A DNA stretch of 64,000 bases from a virus: positions 1 through 64,000 of the IMG/VR virus record IMGVR_UViG_3300027804_000045; one strand, given 5' to 3'. The first letter of the stretch is position 1, and every line of letters starts with the position of its first letter. The notes under the pieces were generated by a model. That model was not told the DNA's origin, did not search any database, and saw only the letters and a program-made list of their open reading frames with translations. Of the stretch, positions 48,745-57,086 are shown piece after piece. The position numbers and the translations under genes were made by a program.

Positions 48745-49391
48745 AATATATCAGTATCGTTCCTGTCGTAGAATCGAACACGTTTGATTAAATCATAATC
48801 ATGTTGATAAAAAGATGTTAAGCTTTCAATAAAATTTGTATTTTCTGTAGCATACTGTTTTAATACATTAAAGAATCTTATTTTTTCTGGGCTATAATAC
48901 ATGTAGTTATTACGCAAGTTTTTAGCATTAATTCTTTTGTGGTTTAAATCACGAAATTTACATGAAACAAAATGCTCTAGATTGGGTATCAAATTTTTAT
49001 CCATATAAAAAAAGGTAATTTGATCTGTATCTAATCCCTCTAGGAAATTACGCTGTAGTTCTGTGTGTTCATCAAAAAACTTTCTGTCACAAATAAATTT
49101 TATAACATCGCTATTTTCTTTTTGCATGATATCTTGATGAAATCTAAAAAAATACTCTGTGACACCGCTAAACCATCTGTCTATTGGATCTCTTAAACAA
49201 ACTACATATCTTTTATTTTTAAAATTTTTATAGTTAAAACCTTTTGTAAAATTAAAGTTCTGTGTAAAATAATTTTTAAGCAATGTACTTGCACATTTAG
49301 GTATAGGTATATACCCATATTCAAAATCTTCTACAGTTAAAATATCTCCCCAACCATGAAAAAAATATTGATTGTAACGTTCAAGTCTCAT
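48741..49391 (-). CDS. Sulfotransferase family 2-like protein
   Basis: 5'-PSB IPKCAST, 3'-PB RDPIDRWFSG, DEHT..Q, FY..DY. Confidence 0.75.
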   Translation of the reverse strand: MRLERYNQYFFHGWGDILTVEDFEYGYIPIPKCASTLLKNYFTQNFNFTKGFNYKNFKNKRYVVCLRDPIDRWFSGVTEYFFRFHQDIMQKENSDVIKFICDRKFFDEHTELQRNFLEGLDTDQITFFYMDKNLIPNLEHFVSCKFRDLNHKRINAKNLRNNYMYYSPEKIRFFNVLKQYATENTNFIESLTSFYQHDYDLIKRVRFYDRNDTDIL

Positions 49392-49707
49392 TTTGCACTA
49401 ATTTCAATATTATGTCAAGTTTTTCTTTAGCATCTTTCACAGCAGGATATTGACTAGCAAGTTGTTCTACTTTCTTTTCATATGCCATGCGCTTCTTAGC
49501 CCACTCTAATACTTCGCCTATCTGTGGATCACTGCGTAATTCAATAGTATTGTTTATTTTATACCATCTACCGTCATTATTGTTATCACAAACTTCAAAG
49601 CATTTGCTCAAGCCGTTCCAACGAACTTGACCGCTTGCGGCAGGTAGCGTGTAATCACGATCTACCTGCCATACTAACGGATACGTAGTTGATTCTATCT
49701 TTATCAC
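49381..49707 (-). CDS. Conserved hypothetical protein
   Basis: SGQVRWNG...EV.D...W...LEWAKKRM...YPAVKDA. Confidence 0.6.
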   Translation of the reverse strand: MIKIESTTYPLVWQVDRDYTLPAASGQVRWNGLSKCFEVCDNNNDGRWYKINNTIELRSDPQIGEVLEWAKKRMAYEKKVEQLASQYPAVKDAKEKLDIILKLVQNET

Positions 49708-50426
49708 TTGCTCTGTGCAGGCAATAGATAACGATAAGTTGCTAGACCACTATCAACAGTAATCTCAGCAGCGCCTTGATCACTGATGCGCACAGTCTTA
49801 CTACCTGGCAAGTCCATGATTGCTAGGAATACCTTGACAGGCCACTGCCATGCACGACCTAATGTGCCTTCTACGTCTGGATGAAACACAAAGTTTGCGC
49901 TATGTGTGCTTGCATCACCAAAGTAAATCTTTAGATCGCCCTTGTCAGTCTTTGTAGTGAAGTTGTTTTCTTCGCTGTTAGCACTAGCCTGCTTCTTCAA
50001 GCGCATGATGCCAGCAACAGTAGGCTCAAACTCAACGTTCCATGCTGCGCCCTTGAACTTGACATCCTTGACCTTCTCTTCAACGATAGCCTTAGCCATC
50101 AGTCGATAATCGTTGACGAAATCACCGACCTTAGTCTCAAAGTGAACGCTAGTCGCTACATCGTCTTTGTTGCGTGTGACGCTGATCTTTGCATGTTCAT
50201 CATAGTCATCAAAGCCCAAGATAGTCTTGAGTTTGCCTAGATTTGGCATACCAAACGTGCCGATAAAATCTGCTGATGGATTCTTGAATGTGCCTTCAAC
50301 GACAACGCTCTTATCTTCAGCGATTGCTGAAACAACAGTTGCCTTGTCTGTGCCATTGACCTTGATGAGTTCAATGACGCCTAGTCCATGTATATACTGA
50401 ATCAAGTCTTGTAAATTATCTTTCAT
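49704..50426 (-). CDS. DNA polymerase sliding clamp (gp45/PCNA-like)
   Basis: 240 aa directly downstream of PolB; FG...LGKL and C-terminal ISDQGA..I.V......Y.Y.LPA fit the gp45/PCNA architecture. Confidence 0.7.
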   Translation of the reverse strand: MKDNLQDLIQYIHGLGVIELIKVNGTDKATVVSAIAEDKSVVVEGTFKNPSADFIGTFGMPNLGKLKTILGFDDYDEHAKISVTRNKDDVATSVHFETKVGDFVNDYRLMAKAIVEEKVKDVKFKGAAWNVEFEPTVAGIMRLKKQASANSEENNFTTKTDKGDLKIYFGDASTHSANFVFHPDVEGTLGRAWQWPVKVFLAIMDLPGSKTVRISDQGAAEITVDSGLATYRYLLPAQSK

Positions 50427-50499
50427 GTTATCCTCTTGTTGTATTTAGGTCGTAACTATATGTAATATATAGGAATTTTTTGCGTGTGTCAAACATTTG

Positions 50500-53205
50500 T
50501 TATCCGAAACTAAACAAATCATCAAACGTGCTGTTAGTATCTGTGTTGGCTTTTAGATCCCATTTCAATACGCCAAGCAAGTTCTCAACTTTCTTGTCAA
50601 CCAATGTCGCTTCCATTGCTTGATCATCAAATGGTAACTCTTGAAACCATCTTGGAAGTCTAAGTTCATCGACAGGATATGCCACGCTAGTGAAGTTTAG
50701 TGGATTTGGCTTGAGTTTACAAACGATGACCTTCATGCCATCAAGTATTTTCATACTATAGTTGTCGCTATTGACTCTACGCAAGTAGTTCCAATTCAAT
50801 GCTGCGCGAACGTGACCGGGCATGTTTGCCTTGCCGGTCTTGCTATTACTCTCTAGATCACCATAGAACGTGAGTTTGTTCACACCTTTTGGACTGCCCT
50901 TCGTCCAACTATCTTGCTTGCCAAGTTCTACCTTGAACTCCTTGATACGCTCAATAACATCTTCTCTAGTTTTACCAGCGAGTACCATCTCAAGCACTTC
51001 AAACAAAAAGTCTTGAACATATCGTGGCGTGTCGGCACGTTTCAAGTCAAGACCCATAGCCTTGATCTTTCCTTGCTTGCCATCTTTGTCTAGTCTTTTG
51101 CCTTCTTTGTCAAAGATGTTGATAGCATAACGCTTCTTTGTGATGAACAGACTGCGATCACCAATCAATTCACGACCAGCCTTGATAACACACATCTTTC
51201 GTGGAACATGGAAAGCACGTTCACAGAAACTTGGGAAGGTATCGTTTGCCTGATCAGCGATGTTGTCATAGAGTTGGACACAGAGTTCCTTATTCCACTC
51301 CATATCACCATTCTGTATTTGCGAATTCAGAATGGGCCATGCGCTGAAATAACAACTGTCAGTATCGCCATATACAATCGCATCACCATAATAGTCATAT
51401 TTACCAGTGATAATCTCATTGATCTGCGCACTCATATGCTTGACGATCTGTCGCCCGCTTAGTGTCACGCTCTGACCAATACGCTTGTCATAGAAACGGC
51501 AATGTTCATTCAACAATGCACCATAAGCACTGTTCAACAAAATCTTACGCACTAACTGACGTTTATCCCAATACTCAATATCTTCCTTACTAGTAGATTC
51601 CTTGAGTTTCTTCTGCATAGTTTTACGATCACTATACCATTTAGTCAATAGACCGGGGATCACACCTTCACTATCTGATCTAAAGATCGTGCCGTTTGCC
51701 GATAAGATATATGGCTTGTTGCTGTCAAAGATTAGTTTCCATACTTCAGCGGCGCTCATCTCTACGCTCTCGCCACTCTCAAAGTCAAGTGTGAGCATAG
51801 TGCCACGTTCTTGATTCATCACGGCTTCGTATTCGAGGCTACCGAACTGACCTTCCCAAAGCAACGAACTCATCTCAAGTTCGTCATCTTCGTCGTATCT
51901 TGCCTTCTCGCTAGCAAGTTTACGTGCCTTGTCAGTCAAGTATTGTTCAGTCAATGTTTGACGCAATTGCCCGACGATTGTTTCAGGCGCCATGTTGAGT
52001 GTACGAATTGCTGATGGATATAGACTGTTGATGTCAACAGCACCTACCCATTCATGTATGCCTTTCTTTGGCACAGCAACATAAGCACCTGCTGCTGCCA
52101 TGTCACTATCGCTGCTATTCTTTTTCTTGTCAGGAACCATGAGTCCGCGCTCATGAGCTTCGTTCATCACAGCCATCTCAATCATTGCTACAGAGCCCAT
52201 GACAGTTGGCAACAATACAGTATTCTCATGCGCTAGCGCATTAGCAAGATCAAGGAACTTTAGTTTGTTGTGAATCTTCAAAAGCAACATCGTATCCTGA
52301 CGATTATACTGTATGAACGTCTTGAAGTCTTTGTTATATAGTTGGTCTAGTGTGCCTTCATATTGTGTCTTACGCTCACCAACTTCCATCTCACCGATAC
52401 TGTCGAGCGAATAACTATGACGACTTTCATAGTTGTACTTCTTATACAACTGTAGATAGTCCATGTGTACACGACCAACTAGATCATATGTCGTTTCAGT
52501 CTTACCATAACGCTCATATTCTCTTGGCTTTGGTGTTTGACCAAGCAAACAGAATTTGCGTGTATCATCTTTGCTCATCACTCTAGTCACACGATTTACC
52601 ATGTAGGGTATATCGTAACCTTCAGAGTTCCAGCCAGTGAGAATGTCAGCATCTTTGATTAGTTCAAAGAATGTCTCAAACATCTCTATTTCGCTACGAA
52701 ATAGAATTGTGTTCGGGAAGTCACTGACTAACTCTTGAGCCGTTTCATCACTCATATGCTTGGGGGGTATAGCAAGTGTCACAAGTGTATCTTGCCAGTC
52801 CAAATACACCGAGATAGCTGTCACCGGATTAAAAGGGTCACTAGTGGGGCTAAAACCCTTTTCCGGATCAAAATCTACCTCAATGTCAAAGAAACATGTA
52901 TGGAGTTTTGGAGGCTCACAGCCTAAGTAGTTTTCACTCAAACAGCGGAATATCACATTGATATCCGATTCATACAGTTTCTTATTGCTGTGGATACGTT
53001 TTTCTTTTTCAAACTCACTACGCTTGCGTGTGCTGAACCTCGACAATGGCTCGCCATAGATGCTGCGATACTTGCCTTTATTATCAGTATAATAGAAAGT
53101 ATAGTTGGCAGGAAACTCATTGTATGTGCGCTTGCCGTCAGGCTGGCGCTCTACAACAAATATCCTGTCAGTATCCCTATCGTGGATAGCGTCTACATAA
53201 CTCAT
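50500..53205 (-). CDS. Family B DNA polymerase
   Basis: Exo FDIE, GWNSEGYD, YNRQD; Pol DINSLYPS, KILLNSAYG, YGDTDS, KKRY. Confidence 0.97.
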   Translation of the reverse strand: MSYVDAIHDRDTDRIFVVERQPDGKRTYNEFPANYTFYYTDNKGKYRSIYGEPLSRFSTRKRSEFEKEKRIHSNKKLYESDINVIFRCLSENYLGCEPPKLHTCFFDIEVDFDPEKGFSPTSDPFNPVTAISVYLDWQDTLVTLAIPPKHMSDETAQELVSDFPNTILFRSEIEMFETFFELIKDADILTGWNSEGYDIPYMVNRVTRVMSKDDTRKFCLLGQTPKPREYERYGKTETTYDLVGRVHMDYLQLYKKYNYESRHSYSLDSIGEMEVGERKTQYEGTLDQLYNKDFKTFIQYNRQDTMLLLKIHNKLKFLDLANALAHENTVLLPTVMGSVAMIEMAVMNEAHERGLMVPDKKKNSSDSDMAAAGAYVAVPKKGIHEWVGAVDINSLYPSAIRTLNMAPETIVGQLRQTLTEQYLTDKARKLASEKARYDEDDELEMSSLLWEGQFGSLEYEAVMNQERGTMLTLDFESGESVEMSAAEVWKLIFDSNKPYILSANGTIFRSDSEGVIPGLLTKWYSDRKTMQKKLKESTSKEDIEYWDKRQLVRKILLNSAYGALLNEHCRFYDKRIGQSVTLSGRQIVKHMSAQINEIITGKYDYYGDAIVYGDTDSCYFSAWPILNSQIQNGDMEWNKELCVQLYDNIADQANDTFPSFCERAFHVPRKMCVIKAGRELIGDRSLFITKKRYAINIFDKEGKRLDKDGKQGKIKAMGLDLKRADTPRYVQDFLFEVLEMVLAGKTREDVIERIKEFKVELGKQDSWTKGSPKGVNKLTFYGDLESNSKTGKANMPGHVRAALNWNYLRRVNSDNYSMKILDGMKVIVCKLKPNPLNFTSVAYPVDELRLPRWFQELPFDDQAMEATLVDKKVENLLGVLKWDLKANTDTNSTFDDLFSFG

Positions 53206-53465
53206 TAGAGGGTCTTACCAACTGTCTCCAAGATAGTATTGAGTTCTTCGTTTTCTTTGTTAGTCTCACCTAAGCGGCTCTTGTGTGCGACCTTGATGGC
53301 CTTTTTGAGTACGCTTGGCTTGATTTCAAGTTCTTCTGCGATAGCCTTGATAGTGTCAGTCAAACCGCCGTTGAGTGTTTCGACTTCGTGCATCACAGCA
53401 AGACCTTCGTTGATCAATTGGGTCAACTTGATTTTTGCTTCGTTATTGAAAGTTCTTGTAGACAT
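53205..53465 (-). CDS. dsDNA-binding protein (T4 DsbA/GapR-like)
   Basis: 86-aa helical protein with IKAIAEELEIKPSVLKKAIKVAHK; promoter TTGACT-17-TATCAT; adjacent to the polymerase. Confidence 0.6.
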   Translation of the reverse strand: MSTRTFNNEAKIKLTQLINEGLAVMHEVETLNGGLTDTIKAIAEELEIKPSVLKKAIKVAHKSRLGETNKENEELNTILETVGKTL

Positions 53466-53522
53466 ATAATCTCCTATAAAAAGTATATTGATGATATAAT
53501 AAAATAAGTTGTAAGTCAAGTA

Positions 53523-54761
53523 TTATTTTTTTGTAAAGACCCAGAGGTCTTCATAGTTGCCACCGCGTGTCTTTTTTGCTTGTCTTGTGCCCGCGATAGC
53601 TGACCATTGAACTTTATAGTGATTGGTAAAGTCTAAATGCCGTGCTGCGATATCACGCATGTCCTCACTTATGGTCATTTTTACTTTATCTTTGTTTGTA
53701 TAATTACTGATGACGAATCCAAATTTAGCATCAGGCTTCATCACTTTAGCACATAGTTTCACTGTTTCTTCCCAATACATAATCAACCAACTATTATAGT
53801 CGGGAAAACTGTTCGCGCTTTGATTATCGCTAGGATACAATTCTAAATCAAAATAGGGCGGGCTAAACAATACGGCATCTACACTATTTTTATATTTGTT
53901 TATGAAATCATGCTTATCATCTAATTGCTCACTAGGGCAAAGATATAGATCAACGGTCTTTTCACCCTTTGTGAAAAGTTTTTTATCATGTTCCTTTTGT
54001 AATAATCTACCATTGTCAACGACATCAGGTATTACATCTGTAGCGATAAAATGCTTGAAGTCGCTGGCATAAAATGCTAACTGATAACTATTCCAGCCCA
54101 TGACGGGGGCAAATAATGTTTCACCGGTAAATACTTCTTTGAGTATTTCCTTATATGTACATGGATTGAATATGCTAGCACGATTAGCACCTATCATAAA
54201 GTCTAACCAAAACTGACCGCTATCACCATCATACTTACAGATATGATCAAAAAATGCAGGCCCTACTAGACTGTTTCGTAGTTTGAAATCTTCAAACATG
54301 ACACGCATCAAACCGAAAGTATATTCACTATCAGTAGTCCATAATTTCTTTGTGTTATAGAAATTGACAAAATTGATGTTCTTACAAATCTTGCCGTACT
54401 TACTATTTGTGCGACCAGAAAAAGTATCACCGTTCAATATGTTTGAATCGGGTAAATCTAAATAAAACTCTACAGGTTGTGGTAACTTACCATAACGATT
54501 ATACCAAGATAATAGTGTTTGTTTAGCATCTGTTACCAGTATCTTATATAAGTTTTGTTTATATAAGTTTAGCCGTTGCTTTCTATCATCCTTTTTGCTT
54601 ACACGATTTACGAATGTATCGAGGTCGCTACGGACTACAAAAGCGCCACTGCGATCCATTACATCTAATACACAAATTCTGTCACAGAATTCTTGATATC
54701 TGACACTGGGCAAGTTGAATTGTTGTAGGAAATCTTGCTCGGTAAAAAATAGGTTTTTCAT
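53523..54761 (-). CDS. Amino-DNA methyltransferase (SPPY type) 3
   Basis: Variant motif I FAPVMGWNS; LFSPPYFDLELY. Confidence 0.78.
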   Translation of the reverse strand: MKNLFFTEQDFLQQFNLPSVRYQEFCDRICVLDVMDRSGAFVVRSDLDTFVNRVSKKDDRKQRLNLYKQNLYKILVTDAKQTLLSWYNRYGKLPQPVEFYLDLPDSNILNGDTFSGRTNSKYGKICKNINFVNFYNTKKLWTTDSEYTFGLMRVMFEDFKLRNSLVGPAFFDHICKYDGDSGQFWLDFMIGANRASIFNPCTYKEILKEVFTGETLFAPVMGWNSYQLAFYASDFKHFIATDVIPDVVDNGRLLQKEHDKKLFTKGEKTVDLYLCPSEQLDDKHDFINKYKNSVDAVLFSPPYFDLELYPSDNQSANSFPDYNSWLIMYWEETVKLCAKVMKPDAKFGFVISNYTNKDKVKMTISEDMRDIAARHLDFTNHYKVQWSAIAGTRQAKKTRGGNYEDLWVFTKK

Positions 54762-54781
54762 AGTAACGTATTGAAGTAATT

Positions 54782-54810
54782 ATTATATACTCTGTTGTAA
54801 AAAAAGTCAA
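54782..54810 (-). promoter_or_regulatory. Sigma70 promoter heading the MTase-PolB-clamp block
   Basis: TTGACT-17 bp-TATAAT. Confidence 0.75.
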
Positions 54811-54888
54811 ACACTTTGTGTAAAGAAATTTATAGATTGGGTATTTGCCCAATAAATATTTTTACTTAAGGCACATATAGGCTCAACA

Positions 54889-56568
54889 ATGGACACACGA
54901 TATAAAGAGTTGGAAACACTCATCAGTAAATTTATTAGGCGTTTACCCGACGGCAGTGAATACGAAAAGCGTTTAGAAGAAGAATTAGAACTTATAGCCA
55001 AATTAGGCTTCGCCAAACACTTCCTCCGTGTAGTAGAAATACTAGATATAACCAAAGACATACCACATATGACTCGCGGTAGTGCGGGCAGTAGTTTGCT
55101 ATGTTGGTTGCTTGGCATCAGTGATGTAGATCCTATCAAGGAAAACATACCACTGTCAAGATTTATGAATCCAAAACGTGATGACTTACCAGACATTGAT
55201 TTAGACTTCCCGCACTTTCAACAAGAAACGGTCATGAATCGTATATTTGATAAATGGAAAGGTCAGAGTGCCCGTGTTAGTAACTATGTAACCTACAAGG
55301 AAAAAAGTGCGTTACGTGAGGCAGCAAAACGTTTCGGTGCTAAAGGCAAACTCAAACGCAATTTCAAACTAGAAGAAGTCGTGCCAGAGTTTGTTGAAGA
55401 TGCTGAAAAACTAGCAAAGAAATTATTAGGTAAGAAACGCTGTATCAGCAAGCATTGCGGCGGCGTATTGATATTTGATAGACCAGTACCTAAAAGCCTC
55501 ATCAATGGCACTAATCAGATATTGCTTGACAAATATGAGATTGAAGATTTAGAACATTTCAAGATAGACATACTTGCCAATCGTGGACTATCGCAACTGT
55601 TTGAGATAGAGCCAAACATGAATTTATTAGACTATCCTGAATACGATGAAAAAACAGCAGAACTATTAGCGACTGGAAATGTGTTAGGTGTCACACAAGC
55701 AGAAAGTCCTGCTATGCGACGATTGCTAAAAGCGATAAAGCCTAAACGTAGAGAAGATTGTGTATTGGCTACGGCACTGATAAGACCAGTAGCGACACAA
55801 GGTCGTCGCAAAGCAAGTTTCTTCCGTGATTGGAGCAAGGACACATTTGATAATACGATAATATTTGAAGATGATGCTATCATACTCATCAGCCAGTTGT
55901 TAGGTTGTAGCCAATATGAGGCAGATATGTGGCGTCGTGCGTTCGCTAAAAAGAATGAAGAAAAGATTTATGAGTTCATGCAAAAGATTGGCGATCACGA
56001 ACACAAGACTGAGATATTCGCGGCACTACGTGAACTAAGCAATTTCGGACTATGCCGCGCACATGCTATCAATCTTGGACGATTGATATGGGCTATCGCT
56101 TATCAGAAAGCACACAACCCAGAGAAATTTTGGCGTGCTACATTGAAGCATTGTCAGGGAAGTTATAGCCGTTGGGTATATCATCATGAGGCTAAACTAG
56201 CCGGTGCATTCCCGGTCACATATCAAGGCAATGAAGTCAATGAATTATTATCACAAGGACACTGGCATAGCGATAAGTTCTTACCAGTATGTACCGAACT
56301 ACGTAGACCGGGTGAAGTAGAGTTTTGTGGACTTGTTGCTAACTATCGTGTATTCAAGAGTGCGCCCAAACAATATATAACGTTCGTGACTATTGGTACG
56401 GGTAATGGTAAGTATTTGGATGTGATATTAGATCGTGCTGTATCGTTTCACGACCAACCTATATTATGGGGCGTGGGTAAGTTAGGATATAAAAATAACA
56501 GCGAGTATGTCACAGTAAATAAGCACAAGAGACTAAAACTAAAGGACTTACTCAATGCTAACCGCTAA
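54889..56568 (+). CDS. dnaE: Compact DNA polymerase III alpha-like (C-family) protein lacking the PHP domain
   Basis: RL.EEL..I, RGSAGSSL, RFMNP.R..LPDIDLDF, HCGG, KIDIL, ALIRP, RRAF.KK, AHA; only 559 aa. Confidence 0.85.
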   Translation: MDTRYKELETLISKFIRRLPDGSEYEKRLEEELELIAKLGFAKHFLRVVEILDITKDIPHMTRGSAGSSLLCWLLGISDVDPIKENIPLSRFMNPKRDDLPDIDLDFPHFQQETVMNRIFDKWKGQSARVSNYVTYKEKSALREAAKRFGAKGKLKRNFKLEEVVPEFVEDAEKLAKKLLGKKRCISKHCGGVLIFDRPVPKSLINGTNQILLDKYEIEDLEHFKIDILANRGLSQLFEIEPNMNLLDYPEYDEKTAELLATGNVLGVTQAESPAMRRLLKAIKPKRREDCVLATALIRPVATQGRRKASFFRDWSKDTFDNTIIFEDDAIILISQLLGCSQYEADMWRRAFAKKNEEKIYEFMQKIGDHEHKTEIFAALRELSNFGLCRAHAINLGRLIWAIAYQKAHNPEKFWRATLKHCQGSYSRWVYHHEAKLAGAFPVTYQGNEVNELLSQGHWHSDKFLPVCTELRRPGEVEFCGLVANYRVFKSAPKQYITFVTIGTGNGKYLDVILDRAVSFHDQPILWGVGKLGYKNNSEYVTVNKHKRLKLKDLLNANR

Positions 56569-56872
56569 AGCAAGATTACATATACAGAATCATAACGAAC
56601 CAAATGGTCGTGCTATCATAGTTGGTGAACGAGCCGCATTGAAAGCATTGGGCACAGCACTAACCAAAGCAAGCAATAGTGTGTTAGGCCTTGAGCAAGT
56701 TGAACTATACACAAGCGATGGACATAAGTACGAAATATTAGTGACTTGTGACGCAAGTGAAGAAGAGTGGCAAACATTGCCAGTACCTTATGATAAGAAA
56801 CATGACTTGAATGAATTACAAGTCGTAAAGATGTTGGATGAGATCAAGAATACTTCAACTTCAAAAAAGTAA
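56555..56872 (+). CDS. Hypothetical protein co-transcribed with mini-DnaE
   Basis: Overlaps the dnaE end; A.IVG.R.AL..L...I/L and Y.SDG..Y motifs. Confidence 0.6.
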   Translation: MLTAKARLHIQNHNEPNGRAIIVGERAALKALGTALTKASNSVLGLEQVELYTSDGHKYEILVTCDASEEEWQTLPVPYDKKHDLNELQVVKMLDEIKNTSTSKK

Positions 56873-57086
56873 AATCTTCATCTTTCATTGAAATAATAAT
56901 ATCGTGTTTGCTAGTTACTTTAATTTTAAATCCTTTACTCTCTAATAATTTAGCGATCTTACCGCGTAATACATTTGGTCTAGGGACATGCGGGTCCATT
57001 TCGATAAGTATGTTATGGATGTCTTTTTGCCAGTTATCCTGTATCCAATCAAACAACCATTTATTTTTGTCAAGGCTGACTAGCAT
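56844..57086 (-). CDS. Small hypothetical protein
   Basis: 80 aa; ends FLKLKYS. Confidence 0.5.
   Translation of the reverse strand: MLVSLDKNKWLFDWIQDNWQKDIHNILIEMDPHVPRPNVLRGKIAKLLESKGFKIKVTSKHDIIISMKDEDFTFLKLKYS

Noticed and set aside
51690-51970. Possible intein in PolB between motifs A and B
   Set aside because: The insert is only about 90 aa with no Cys/Ser start, His-Asn end or LAGLIDADG motif; likely a lineage-specific insertion.
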